Shown in pieces: positions 1 to 15,946 of a stretch of DNA of 64,000 bases. Origin of the DNA: the human T2T-CHM13v2.0 reference genome, Homo sapiens; NCBI RefSeq assembly GCF_009914755.1, contig NC_060925.1; one strand, written 5' to 3'. Each line of letters starts with the position of its first letter. Positions within the stretch are counted from its first letter, which is position 1. The position numbers and the translations under genes are program-made. A model generated the notes under the pieces. That model worked only from the letters and a program-made list of their open reading frames with translations. It did not search any database and was not told the origin of the DNA.

Positions 1-147
1 GCCAAACACCATGTTTCTACTGCTCAGGTTGTTTCTGTGCCCCTAGAAGTGATCCTCCTCTTTATTACAAAATCATCAAGCACGCAAAAAACTCCTTTTT
101 GCTTCCCATGAAAAGAACTACATTTGTGTTTCATTCAAGGTGAAAAG

Positions 148-334
148 CAGGGGAAGATCTAGGTTTTGCGAAGCCTGAAACTCGTTCAATTTATGCTCTT
201 CTATGTTAAAAAGAACCAAAAATTATTGTACTTTTATAAACTTTACAAACATGGAGGCCCATGTGAACACATTTTGAAGGCCATTTCAGGGATTTAAAGC
301 TTACATTTGTTAGCTTCATGGCAACTCTGCCTCT
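148..334. mobile_element. Arthur1/MER69-like hAT MITE
   Basis: Termini caggggaagatct... and ...actctgcctcta are degenerate inverted repeats; family name from recall. Confidence 0.5.
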
Positions 335-870
335 ATATAAAGAATATTTGATAGAATTTTAAAATTAACTTGTTCTACCTTTTAGGCTTTAGTTTAATGA
401 GCCAAACTATTTTGTCAATGGGAAAATATGTTTACAGTGTAATTTGTGAATTTAAAGATTTTACTTTTGACTGATGGTTACCTCAATCTATGTGTATAAG
501 TGTTGTGATTTGAATATTTGTGCTGTTAACTGTATGAGAATCAATATAATACAAGACAATATACATGAAAAATGTTGCACTGAGATGATATAGAGCATTT
601 TAGACCTGAGCTCAACAAGCCCCAAGTAGGATAAATATAAGCACAGAGGTATTCATAGATAAATTGCTGAAAGCCAAAGAAAGATAAAAGGATATCTTGA
701 AAGAAGCAAGAGAAAAATGACGTATTACAGATGGAGAACAAATAATGACTAAATTATAATAACAAACATTGGAGGCCAGAAGACATTGGACTGATATATC
801 CAAAATGCTGAAAAAAAATGCAGCCAAGAATTCTACACCTAGAGAAAATATCTTTTAAAAATAAAGGTGA

Positions 871-1154
871 GGTCTGGGTGTGGTGGCTCACGCCTATAAT
901 CCCAGCACTTAGGGATGCCGAGGCGGGAGGATTGCTTTCACCTCAGGAGCTTGAGACCAGCCTGGGCAACATTGTGAAATCCCATCTCTACAAAAAATAG
1001 CCAGGCATTGGTAGCTTGTGCCTGTAGTCGCAGCTACTTGGGAGGCTGAGGCTGGAGAATCACTTGAACTCTGGAAATGGAGGCTGCATTAAGCTGAGAT
1101 GTGACACTGCAGTCCAGCCTGGGTGACAGAGTGAGACCTTATAAAAAAAAAAAA
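871..1154 (+). mobile_element. Alu (AluJ-like)
   Basis: Dimeric Alu with A tail; ggaggattgctt diagnostic. Confidence 0.9.
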
Positions 1155-2348
1155 GAAAAGTGAAATAAAGACAAAAACAGAGAAAATTAATCATCAACTG
1201 ACCTACATTATAAGAAATGATAAGGGAAATTCTTCAGATGAAGGGGAATGACACCAGATGGTAAGTTGGGCCTACAGAAAAAAAAAATTTATATATTTTA
1301 AATTTCCTTCTCATAATTCAAAAATATATACATGTTTAAAGCAAAAACTATAACCTCATATTGTTGAATTCATAATATATATGGATGTACTATACATGAC
1401 AACAATAGCACAAGGATGAAGGGATTAAGTAGAAGCATACTATTCCAAGTATACAAGGTTCAAGTATGCTTTTTTGAAGTAATTCAGTATGAGCTTTAAA
1501 TAGATTGTACTAAATTAGAACTATCATAATCCCTACAGCGACCACTAAAAAATGGAATAAATAGCAGGAATTATTCTCCCTTTTTATAGATAAGGAGTTA
1601 TGATGGAACTGCTCATACCAGAGCAAACATGCTGCTAAGAACAATTATAAAATCTGAATAAATATAAAAAATAACTGTTTGACAGCATCAATGATCATCC
1701 AAAGCAGCCAGGGTTAGAGGATTAGTAATGAAGAAGGAAGTATACTGAGGTAAACTGGACCTTCTCCAGCACTTTTTCCCTGGGAGAAATTGCTGGACAT
1801 AAAAACAGTATCCAAGAGCTTTTGGAAGTTTTCAAGACTAGTGAGATGGGGAAGTGGAGAAAAGGTGAAAATGAAACTTGGTGTTCAGGGGCAACAAGGG
1901 AGGACAAGATCTTTGTAACCACCCGAGGCATTCAGTTGAGACACCTAAAGGGCTACCCCATAAAACTAGAAATAGGGCAGCTCTCTGAAGGCCTAAAGTC
2001 CAGTCTTGAACTATCTCAATCACTGATTGCATCCAACTGCCTGCCAAAAGGAAATTAAATCCTCTTGGGAAGGAGTTATTGTCATTCAGAGTTTCTGCAA
2101 TTTTTTGTGCATATCTTACACTTAACAAAAAAATTATTAAATACACCAGAAGACAAAATCAAGTGACTGGAAACTAAAAGGAAAAAATAGACAATATAAG
2201 TAGATCTTTAGGACATGCAGATGTTGGAATAATCAAATATGGACTTTATGTCAATTGTGATCATTATGCTCAATAAGTGATAAATAGGATGGAAGATTTC
2301 CATAAAAGATGACATGAAAACATTACAATTGAAAAAATTACAATTTCT

Positions 2349-2651
<303 letters not shown>

Positions 2652-3026
2652 TTACCATTTCTAATATTAAGAACTCAAAGGTGAGTTTAACAGCACATTA
2701 GATATAGCAAAAATAGGGTCAGTGAACTGAAAGTTAAGTCAGTAAAAAAAAAAAAACATAAACTGAAGCATAAAGAGAAAAAAGATGAAAAGTATACAGA
2801 TGAGCATAAGAGATATATGAGACAAAGTAAATATATTTCAAATATGAGTGTGTAAAGTCCTAGAAGCAAAGAATAATTGAATCAATAGCAGTAATATTTG
2901 ATGAAACCCTCAGCAAAAATTGTCCAAAGCTTACAAGAGAGATCAAGTCACATGTTAAACAAGCACTTTGAATCCCAAGCAAATAATTACACAGAAATCT
3001 ACCCTAAGTACCTCACAGTAAAACTA

Positions 3027-3455
<429 letters not shown>

Positions 3456-4754
3456 CTTTAAGCTGATATTTAAACAGAAATTATGGAAGTTAGAGAACAA
3501 TAGAATAATATCTTTAAAAGAAAACAAATGACAATCTGCAATTCTATACCCAGTAAAAATATCCCATAGACAAAGGAAATAATTTTCAGACAAAAAAATG
3601 AAGGTAATTTTTTACCAGTAGATTCACATGAAAAGAAATACTTAAGGAGGTTCTCTAGCAGAAGGCAAATTATCCCAGATGAAAGCATGGTAATGAAGGA
3701 AAGAAAAGCATAGATTTTTTGAGTAAGACCTCAAAAGCAGAGGTAACAAAGCAAAAGTACACAGATAGGATTACATCAAGCCTAAAAGCTTCTGTGCAGC
3801 AAAGAAAACAATAAACAAAAAGTGAAGAGGCAACTCACAGAATGGGAGAAAATATTTGAAAATTATCCATGCAAGAAGGGACTAATAACCAGAATATTTA
3901 GGGGATTCAAACAACTCAATAGCAAAAACAAACAAACAAACAAACAAAATAACACAATTTAAAAATACACAGATGGGATTACATCAAGCCTAAAAGTTTC
4001 TGTGCAGCAAAGGAAACAACAAAAAGTAAAGAGAGACATCCCACAGAATGAGAGAAAGTATTTGAAAATGATCAATCCAACAAGGGACTAATAACCAGAA
4101 TATTTAAGGCACTCAAACAACTTAATAGCAAAGAAACCAATGATCCTATTAAAAAATCAGCACAAGACCTGAATAGATATTTCTCTAAAGATACACAAAT
4201 GGCCAACAGGTATATTAAAAAATTCTCAACATCACTAATCATCGGGGAAATGCAATCAAAAGTACAATGAGACATCATCTTATCCCATTTAGAATGGTTA
4301 TTATAAAAAAAAAATAAATGTTGGCAAGGAGATGAGGAGAAAGGGGAATGCTCATACATTGTTGGTGGGAATGTAAAGTAGGACAGCCATTATGGAAAAC
4401 AGTATAGAGGTTCCTCAAACAAGTAAAAATAGTAGTTTCCAACACAAAGGAAAAATAAATGTTTGAGGTGATGGATGTTCTTATTAACTTATTTTGATCA
4501 TTACACATTGTATACATGTATCAAAATGTTATATGTATTCCCCAATAATACATGTATCCCCAAAATATGTACAACGGCTATATATCAATAAAAATGTTTT
4601 AAAAAACAACAAAAAAGAAAGCATAGAAAAGGATAAATAGGCAGAAAAAACTAAATGAATAGTCAGTTTAAAATATTTAGAGTTTTAAATGTATGTATAA
4701 TAAAAATACAGAGAGTAATGCCACAAAATGTCAGGAAGTGATAAATGGAATTAA

Positions 4755-5206
<452 letters not shown>

Positions 5207-5726
5207 GAAAAGTACTAATTTACATAGCCCCTACAAAGTCAAGGATATGAAGGTGACCACTGTAGTCTCTAGGGTAGCCACTAAAAGAAAATAAAAATAT
5301 GGCTAGTAGCTAAAAGAGGAAATATAGAATAAAAATATTTTAGCACTCAAAAGGAGGGCAAGAAAGGAGGAAAGAGGAAACAAATTAGAGATGAGATAAA
5401 TACACAATAGTAAGAGAACAGGTTTAAATGTAAATGTAACGGTAATTACATTAAATGTAAACAGACCAAATACTCTAATTAAGTCTAAAGTTGCCAACGT
5501 GGATTAAAAATAAAAATAAAACTACATGCTGCTTACAAGAAACACAATAAAGGAACGGATGCAAAAAGGTTAAAAATAAAAGGATGGACAAATATATGCC
5601 ATGCAGACACTAACAAAAGAAAGCTCATATAATTATACTAACAATAGAAAAAGTAAACATTAAGTTAATCAGCAGAAAAGGGATATTTCATAATGACAGA
5701 GTAATCATTCTAACAGGATGACATAC

Positions 5727-5933
5727 CAATGGTGGGCTAAAGCCAACTTGGACTAGCTTGTTAGACCCAACGTGTTATCTCTTCCTATCTTCATGTTCTG
5801 TAATCTATTTGTAGCTTGAAATCAGCCATGGTACAAGTATTTACACTATAGAAATGGGCAAATGCTAACAAATTAGGGATTGTCTCTTTCTTTCCTCTTA
5901 GTGAGCTGGGTGTTAAACATTGGCCAGAACACT
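5727..5933 (+). mobile_element. MER63A-like hAT MITE
   Basis: gtagcttgaaatcagccatggt core and tgttaaacatt..ccag.aca end; alignable to the copy at 15947-16143 in reverse. Confidence 0.7.
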
Positions 5934-6341
5934 ACAGGATATACCAACTGTGAATTTGAATGCAACTAATTACATGTGTAAGCAAGAAAAAGTGAGAAAC
6001 AAAAGAAGAAACAGGCAAACCCACAGTCATGGTTGGAGATTTTAACACCCTTCTCTCATGTAATTGATAGGACAAGCAGACCAAAAAAAAAAAAACTTGC
6101 CAATATAGACAAAAAAAAAAAAACACACACAAAACTCTATATACCTACCTACTCTCTCTCTCTCTCTATCCCAATACAGATAATAACAGAGAATTAGTGA
6201 CTTATCCAAGTACTGCAAACCAATAAATGGGAGAGTTGAAACTTGATTTATGTTTTCTGCCTCTAAGTCCAATATTCCTTTTGCTATGGTTTCATATTAC
6301 AGAAAATGTCCATGATATTTACTTTGTAATAATCACTATAA

Positions 6342-6671
<330 letters not shown>

Positions 6672-8259
6672 TAAAAATGGGGAGAAAAGCAAAACACTTT
6701 TCTTAATTGTATATATTATCTGTTGCACTTGATTTTTAGAAAGTCTTTATATTTAATAATTAATAATTATAATACATAAAAAATCTATATTTATACAACA
6801 AAATATGGGGACAGCATGGCTTTAAAGCAGATGAATAATTTTATTGAGAGATTTAGCATAAACTTCTTTGGTGATAATGATCATAGAACTATTAAATCTT
6901 TAATGATGATGATGATGATGGCAATAAAGAGCAGCGACTAATGTTTATGGTGATTACTTTGTGCCAGACACTGTTTTAAGCATTTCTCCATTTTCGAATC
7001 CACTCAACAACCAAATGAGGTAAGTATTTTTATTATCACTATTTTACAGCGAAGAAACTGAGACAATGAACCTACAATGATACACCCCAAATCACAGTGA
7101 ATCCTCAGAGCACTCCTAACTACTATACTGCCTATGATTAAGTTGATTGAAATTTGCTTTAAATTCGATAATTCAGGAACACACTTAAAACATAAAGCAA
7201 GCATTTCTGTCCTCTATATGTTTCTTAAATGATCTCTAGAAAAATCATGTAAGTCCAAACTAAGTTATTATTACTTTTTGGAACAGAATGTATAGCGTGT
7301 AGACTGAAACTAGATTATAGGATATGATTTCTTTAGTTTACACTCAAACTTTGTGCTCCTTTTAAAAACATTTTTATCTTCTTCAAATGAAAACACAGAC
7401 ATCTTTGCCAAGTCCCTATTTTTAAAAGTTGGGGTAAAATATGCATAACATAAAATTGACTGTTTTAATCATTTTAACGTGTATTATTCAGTAGCAATAA
7501 GTACATTAACATTGTTATGCAACCATCTTCATTATCTATCTCCAAAACGTTGTCATTCCAAACAGAAACTCTGCACTCATTAAAAAAAGGATAGTTCTCA
7601 CCTCATTCCCACCTCCTCTGGCCTCTGGTAACCTCTATTCTACTTTTTGTCTGTATGAATTTGTCTATTCTTGGTACCTCATATAAGTGGAATCACACAC
7701 TATTTGTCCTTTTGTGTCTGGCTTATTTCACTTAGCATAATATTTTCAAGGTTCATCCATGTTGTAACATATAACAGAATTTCATTCCTTTCGAAGCCCG
7801 AATAACATTCTATTGTATGTATATACCACATTTTGTTTATCTATTCATCTGTTTATCAACATTTCGGTTGTTTATCCATTTTGGCTATTGTAATAATGCT
7901 TCCCATAAACATTGATATACATATATTTATTTGAATCCCTGTTTTCAATTTTTTTGGGTATATACCTAGATGTAGGAGAAGTGCTGGATGATATGGTAAT
8001 TCTACATTCAGCTTTATATATATATATATAAAGCTATATATGCATATACATAGTTATATACGTGTACATAGATACACACACACACAACTTTTTAAAAAGT
8101 TATTTACTTTTTTAAGTAACCACCAAACTATTCAGTGCAATGGTTGTACCATTTTGTATCCCCACCAGCTATGCATAAGGCTTTCAATTTTCCACATCTT
8201 TGAGAACACTTGTTATTTTCCTTTTATTTTTAAAATAGCCATCCTAATGGGTGTAAAGT

Positions 8260-8995
8260 TCTGGGGTGTTTTCCAAAACTAACAACCAGTTCTCCAATTC
8301 TTCAGACACCAATTTGGATGTCCAACAATTCAAGTCAATTCTGACACTGCCTGAAATTGCATCACATTCCACAGATAAATGGGTTCAGTACCCACTTCAG
8401 ATGCCAATTGCAAGTCCCAGGCCATCGGTAATTCTGACCAACCAACTACAAATGGTAGGTTCCCATGACGCCCCTCCTCATGTTCAACAGTTTGCTAGAA
8501 TGGCTTACAGAACTCAGGGAAACACTTTACTTATGTTTACTAGTTTATTATAACTTAGGAACAGCCCGCTGGAAGAGATGCACAGGGCAGAGCATGGGGA
8601 GTGTAGTGCAGAACTTCCATGCCCTACTGGGCGTTATCACCTTCCCAGCAAGTTAATGTGTTCACCAAACAGAAAACTCTCTAAATCTCACTGTTCAAGA
8701 GTTTTTACAGAGCTCCATCTCCAGGGCCTGCCCTCCCCTCTTCCCAGGGGTCAGTAGGTGGGACTGAAAGTCTCAACCCTCTAATTACTTGGTCTTTCTG
8801 GGGACCAGCTCCATCCTGAGGCTCTTTAGGGGCCCCACTCTAAAAAACCTTATGAACATAAACTCAGGTGTGATTGAAAAGGGTTCATTATAAATAACAA
8901 AAGACATTCCTTTCACTTAGAAAATTCCAAGAGTCTTAGGAGCCCTGTGCCAGGAACCAGAGATAAAGACCAATATATTTTTGCATTATACCACA
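8260..8995. mobile_element. MER21-like solo LTR
   Basis: acaattcaagtcaattctgacact and ccacttcagatgccaattgcaagtc motifs; ends ...ataccaca; host L1 sequence resumes on both sides. Confidence 0.7.
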
Positions 8996-9062
8996 AAATT
9001 GGTACCTCCTGGTGGTTTTGATTTGCATTTACCCAACGACTATTGATTTGGGGCATTTTCTC

Positions 9063-9363
9063 TTTTTTTTTTTTTTTTTGAGACAGGGTCTCACTCTGTC
9101 ACCCAGGCTAGAATGCAGTGGTGTGATCATGGCTCACCATAACTTCAACTTCTTGGGCTCAAGCGATGCTCCTGCTTCAGCCTCCTAAATAGCCAGGACT
9201 ACACATGTGTGCCACCATGCCTGGCTAATTTTTAGAAAATTTTTGTAGAGATCGTGTCTCACTACGTTTCCCAGGCTAGTCTTGAACTCCTGGACTCAAG
9301 CAATCCTCCCACGTCAGCCTCCCAAAGTGTTGGGATTACAGGCATGAACCACTGTGCCCAGCC
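9063..9363 (-). mobile_element. Alu (AluJ)
   Basis: gatcatggctcac and gggctcaagcgat diagnostics. Confidence 0.9.
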
Positions 9364-10049
9364 AGCATCTTTTTATTCATTGGCCATTTCTATATCTTTG
9401 GAGAAATGTTTATTCAAGTCCTTTGCCCATTCTTTAAACCGGGTTGCCAGTTCTTCTATTGTTGAGTCACTGGAGTTCTTTATATATTCTGGATATTAAT
9501 CCCTTATCAGATATATGATTTGCAAATATTTTATCATATTCCTTGGGCTGCTTCTTCATTTTCTTGATGTGTTCCTTGATGCACAGAGAATTTTTAATAT
9601 TGAGAGAGTCCAATTTGTCTATTTTTTTCTCTTGTTGACTGTGCTTTCGTTGTCATTCCAAGAAATCATTGCCAAATCCAGTGTCATGAAGGATTTTCTG
9701 TGTTCTTCTAAGAGTTTTATAGTTTTAGCTCTTTTGTTTAGATATTTGCTCCCATTTTGAGTTACTTTTTGTATGTAATATAAGGTAAGGGTTCACCATC
9801 ATTCTTTTGCATGTGGATATCCAGTTTTCCCAGAACCATTTGTTGAAAAGACTGTCCTTTCTCCATTGAATGGCATTGGCGCACTTGTTGAAAGTCATTT
9901 GATGATATATGTAAGAGTTTATTTTTGTCATGGAAATAGGTCCTATAATCCTTTTGCAGGTATATAAAAGATACTTCTTAACAATATAAATATACATAAC
10001 ACAGAAAGGCTATGCCAGAGGGGCTATCATAAATAATAAAAGCATATTG

Positions 10050-10104
10050 TAACAAAAGAAGAAAAACAAATACCACCCAAAATTATTTAAAGCACATTTT
10101 TATT
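10050..10104 (-). terminator. Distal polyadenylation signal with GU/U-rich downstream element
   Basis: AATAAA at 10099-10104 (minus strand), followed about 20-50 nt later by ttgggtggtatttgtttttcttcttttg. Confidence 0.8.
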
Positions 10105-11395
10105 ATAGATAGGTTAAGTGTGGTTTGCTGTGGCTAAAGATATATTTATAATGGATGAACAAGTTTTTCTAGATACCAAGAGGTATAATATTTTTCTTTC
10201 AGTATTGAACTAATATTTCTCTGATAACAAGGCGACATTGAACTGGCTGAGCCTATTTTAAATGGGAAAAGACTTTTTTTTTTCTGGATGTTGCTTTAAA
10301 GACTGGTAAATTAAAAATTTTAAAGTACTAACACTAAATTTAAGTACAGTGAAAGAAAATCAATGAATACTACAAAACATATAATTTCTACAAAGCAGAA
10401 ATATAAAGGTTTTATAATTTAAAACAGCAGCAATTTCAAAAAATTTGCTGAATTAAAACTTTACAAAATATATATACACTAAGTATCATTCCAGATGATC
10501 ATGAACTTTAAAAACAGTATGGCACAACCCCCAATCTGTACCCCAAACCTACTACTAGATGTAGCTGGCCTATAATAATTTTTACAACAATTTAAAAAAT
10601 AAAACAAAAACAAAGAAATCTAATTCTTTTGCGTACAAGCACAGGTTACAATGTGCTGGCTTTGATTCCAAATACACAAAGAGAATTTTAAAATAAAACA
10701 AGGACTTCACATAAATAGTTTCACGTGTTATTAAGTGTGTGACCAAACAAATTAAAATAAGTACTAACAACCAAAACATATCTTGATGTAACCAGTACAT
10801 ACACTTTTAAAGAATGACAAAGATGAAAAAGGAAATAGTCTATGAAAGCCATAAGCACCTTGTTTTCGAAAGAGCACCAAGCAACACAAAGAGGCAACAC
10901 GTAAGAGGTAGTGTATCACCGGCTAAGATGTATATGCCCATCGGGGACCTGAATACAGCTTAGTGTTTTGGAAAATAAGACATATTAGACTGTGGCTTGT
11001 AATTTTTAGACAGAAGCAGTGCACATCTGGAAGCATTAGCCAGTATTGCTCCATAGTGCTCTGCATCTCCAGCTGTCTAATGGGTACTACGCACTCAGTC
11101 AAAAATATAAGATACCCTGAAGAATTCCATATTTATAAATTTTTAGTTCTAGGGAATTCTCTAAGAAAGCTGAGATGAATATAATTTTTAAAAGAATTAA
11201 ATACTTTATCAATCATAGTCCTTTAAAAATGCCTTTTCTCCTTCTTAGGAGGAAGTCTGTTCTTCCTGAGATTCTTTAAGATTTAGCCAATGCTTTATTA
11301 CATGCATTTCATAATGACTGTATCTGTCTGTCTTATTTCTCCCTCTGCAGCAATTACCTGGCCAACAGCCTGAATTCGGAACTAATTCAGAGACT
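10080..11395 (-). other. COL24A1: COL24A1 3' UTR (~1.3 kb)
   Basis: AT-rich sequence without recognisable repeats between the stop codon and the distal poly(A) signal; the 3' end is estimated. Confidence 0.8.
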
Positions 11396-11542
11396 TTACA
11401 GAAAGCATACAGAACTGCTGTCAATGTAATACTTTCGTTCAGTTTTGAGATGAGGAAGTTTTTGTACTTCAATCACTGGAAGTTGATTAGGTTCCTGGGT
11501 GTGAAAAAGAAATGTTGCCTTATGCCAGCTGCCATCTTGAAT
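11396..11542 (-). CDS. COL24A1: COL24A1 terminal coding exon (IQDGSWHKATF...DSSSVCFL-stop)
   Basis: ttacag|ATT; 48 codons plus TAA at 11396-11398; ends in VCFL as fibrillar collagens do. Confidence 0.97.
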   Translation of the reverse strand: MQDGSWHKATFLFHTQEPNQLPVIEVQKLPHLKTERKYYIDSSSVCFL

Positions 11543-13076
11543 CTGTAAAATAAGAACAAAATGCTTTCATACGCATTTCATTAGCAGTCACTTTCAGTAG
11601 ACAATGCCTTTCACAGATAATGTGAACTTGTTTTAAGGATTAGAGATAACGAATAGAAAGTGCCTAGAACAATGCTCAATAAATGGTAAAATTACTATTA
11701 TTAGTTGAAAACCTGGACTTATTCCTTTCTCTAGAATGGCACTGTCTGTTCTAATTTTTCACTTCCAGAGGCTAAGGCCAGGCTTCTGCTTCAACTGTCT
11801 GTGAATTATTGGACCAGATATGAATTAAAAGGCTGCAATACTCCTAATATGAGTAATAACCATCTGTTCTGTATTCCTTTATTTGGGACTGATACCTCAG
11901 GATGGATATTTTTCTTTGATAAAAGGGAACGAGCTATTTCAACCTCTGTATTTTAGGTAGAAAATAAACAGAATCACCTCAGTCAGAAATAGTTAAAATT
12001 ATAATTATGTGCAATCATCTTTTAGGTCTCTTCCCCCCCGCCCCATTCTGTAGCTCTCTATTTATACAGTTTCCCTCTTTCTTCTCTTTTGTGTCTAATA
12101 AACTCTGTGGAACAAAAACATATCATAAGATATCCTGTGATTAAGATTCAACCAGACACAATAGAGAAAAACAATTGATGAGTTTTGTGGAGCTGTTATT
12201 TAGGAGCTAATTCACTTATTCACAGAATTATCATGATATAAATTTTAAATTTTGAAGGAACTTTAGAGATTATTTAAGCTATAAATTTTATTTTAAAGTT
12301 AAGGCAATTGAAGCTCATTGAAAATAAGTTACTTGTCTAAAGTCATAAGCTTGGTATGATAACAAGACCTAAAATTCTGTGTGTGAGGCACTGTTAGATT
12401 CATTCATTAAGTCTTTTAAGCAATATTTATTGAATACTAAGTATATTTAGCATAGTTGAATAAGATGTAACACTTAGTGTTCTTATAGTGCTTGTGAAAT
12501 ACACGATGAATACAATAGTTCTGGCTTCTAAATGCTAGTGGCTTATAAATCTAATTGAAGAGAGTAAAAACATAAACAAATAACCACAACAAAAGACCAT
12601 CTATAGAAAGTACAATGTAAAAAATGTAGATAGTTAGTAAATTCCACATTTCTAACTAGAGTACTCAGGGAAAGCTTCATGAAAAAATTTGGAATATAGA
12701 TGGGCTTTAAAGTATGCCTAAAATTTCCACTTGATTAGTGAGGTACAGAAAGGCATTTCAGAGAAAATGAATGGCTTAAGCTGAACACCCATACATATAC
12801 ACACACACAACAACCACCACAAAAAACTAAAAAACAGAAGGGCAAGTAGAAAGTGGCTGTGAAAATTAGCTTAGCATGGCGTTTAAATTCACGGATTTGA
12901 CCTGGGACAGATTTTGATAGAAATTCTGGTACTCTCACTTTCCCCACATATAAAATGGGAATAATAAACACCTACCTCACAGGCTTGCGAGGATTAAATG
13001 AAGTTTCAATCAAAAGTCACTAGCAGTACAGTAAGGCCTGGGCTTTGGAGTTCTCCATGCCTGGGATTGATTTCTT

Positions 13077-13378
13077 TTCTTTTCTTTTTTTTTTTTTTGA
13101 GACGGAGTCTCACTCGGTCGCCCAGCTGGAGTGCAGTGGTGCAATCTAGGCTCACTGCAAGCTCCGCCTCCCAGGTTCACGCCATTCTCCTGCCTCAGCC
13201 TCCCGAGTAGCTGGGACTACAGGTGTCTGCCACCACGCCCGGCTAATTTTTTGTATTTTTAGTAGAGACGGGGTTTCACCGTGTTAGCCAGGATGGTCTC
13301 GATCTCCTGATCTTGTTATCTGCCTGCCTTGGCCTCCCAAAGTGCTGGGATTACAGGCATGAGCCACTGTGCCCAGCC
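13077..13378 (-). mobile_element. AluY
   Basis: gcaagctccgcc, ttcacgccattctcc and gtgttagccaggatgg diagnostics; exact 20-bp TSD atgcctgggattgatttctt. Confidence 0.93.
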
Positions 13379-14154
13379 ATGCCTGGGATTGATTTCTTGT
13401 TCCTCCTCTAATTAGCTGTATGACTGCGATTATCTAATTAGCTGCATTACTTTAATTTTTATTTATTTTTTACTTTAATTTTTATTTTACTTATGCTAAT
13501 TTTACTTACTTGCGAATTTATTTTTAATTATGCTAATTGGCTGCCTTACTTTGCTCAAAATAACCTTGAGCAAGTTCTCTGTGCCTTTACTTTCATACCT
13601 ATAAAATAGGACCAATAATATATTCTTTACAAAGCTGTTATTATGAATAAAATAATTAATGTAATGCATGGTCACTTAACATATAATAAAACTCCCAATA
13701 AATAGTAGTAGGAGCTGTTGATATTATTATCCCTATTATTATTGTAACAGATGAGTTTGACCATAGTTTACAACAGACAGCCAGTGAAAGCCCAATCTAG
13801 AAAAGCAGGCTGGGGTCTGGTTGTTGTAAGCACTCAATGGAGTTGATAAGTTTGAATTGTGTCTCAGAGGTACTAGTGAGTCACTGAATGTTTCTGGGCC
13901 CAACTGTACAAGTTAAATAAATTTGTTGATGATACTCATCTCTTCAAATATAGATAATAAAATATATATACTTCTATTTGCTTATGATTTTTCAAGCACT
14001 ATTTTCCTGGAAATAAAATGTTATGAAAAAGTAGAGTAACTTGGAAATGTTGAGATACTAAATCATGGGCTTCATAGTACACAAAGATAGGAAATGAAGC
14101 TACTTAAAATAATTAATGATACATATATAAAGTGTACAACTCCATTCTCTAAAA

Positions 14155-14378
14155 GAGGGGTCGGCAAACTCTTCTCTAAAGGGCCAGATAGTAAGTATTT
14201 TACATTTTGTGGGCCCTGCAGTCTCTGTCATACTTACTCAACTCTGCCATTGTAGTGCCATAACAGCCATAGATAATAAGTAAATGAATTAAGGATGGCT
14301 GTGTTCCAATAAAAATTTATTCACAAAAACATGGAGTGGGCCCGATTTGGTCTGTTGAACATAGTTTGCCAACACCTG
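14155..14378. mobile_element. MER58A hAT-Charlie MITE
   Basis: TIRs aggggtcggcaaact / agtttgccaacacctg; 8-bp TSD ctctaaaa / ctctaaga. Confidence 0.85.
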
Positions 14379-14431
14379 CTCTAAGAAATAGTGTTTTAAA
14401 ATTATAGATTTTTCATAGTAACTGTCATTTA

Positions 14432-15080
<649 letters not shown>

Positions 15081-15598
15081 TAGGCCAGAATTCAAATACT
15101 TACTGGTGGGGCCAGTCAATATGTAATTATACCCATATTTGGTATCAGGTACAGGGATTGACAGAATGAAATAAAACTCACTTGCCTCTATAACTTGCCT
15201 TTTATGCAATAATGAGATGTAGAATTACAGCAGTGAAAACACATGAAAATATTTATCCAAATACACTATCTATTTATCATTTATCTATCTGTCTATCTAT
15301 CCATCCATCCATCCTGGTATAATTATTTCATATAGGGAATAAAAATTAAATTTACATCTTAACACCTGTTTTGCATGCAAAAATCTAAGACCAATTGGTA
15401 TGACACAAGTTGATAAGGTATTATATAAACAAATGATTGATTCTAGAAAATGCAGTTACAAGTCAGGCACATTAAAACTTACTACCCTTCTGTATCTGCA
15501 GTTTGTAATTAAAGTCTTACTCTAATTATCCTAATTTTATGGTTTTATCAATTTTAAGTTAGTTATATTGAACAATTCTAAAAGTGCCATTTCCTTAC

Positions 15599-15814
15599 CT
15601 TGCAGTCATCTGAAAGCACTTTAGGTTCAAGTAGAGTGTTTACTTTAAAAATCTGGCCATTCCATCCCTTGAAACCAATAGGCAATCCTGGGCCACTTGT
15701 TTGTGTGCTTGTCCACCTTGGGGTGTTTAGACAGTGAATGGTGATGATATGGGTGGCTTCCGAACTCAGTAAATGAAGGAAGTTCATCTGGACTTTCCCA
15801 ACTCCAAACTCCAA
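15599..15814 (-). CDS. COL24A1: COL24A1 penultimate exon, 216 nt (LEFGVGKVQMNFLHLLSSEA...KVLSDDCK)
   Basis: cattag|TTG...AAG|gtaagg; QMNFLHLLS and ITIHC COLFI motifs; matches ORF 15578..15814. Confidence 0.97.
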
Positions 15815-15946
15815 CTAATGTCATAGAAATGATATGCAGGTTATAACATGGCAATTGAGAAACTTAACAGTTCAGGAAAACCTGAGGAAAAGTCCTTCAA
15901 AGGCAGCCTCCAGAAAGCTCCTTTCCTTGGAACTGAAGTGCCAGTC

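Larger units (their letters stand above)
7420..9940 (-). mobile_element. L1MB-like element interrupted by a MER21 LTR and an AluJ
   Basis: ORF2 remnant [15 protein letters not shown] in ORF 9725..9997; L1MB-type 3' end near 7430. Confidence 0.8.
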
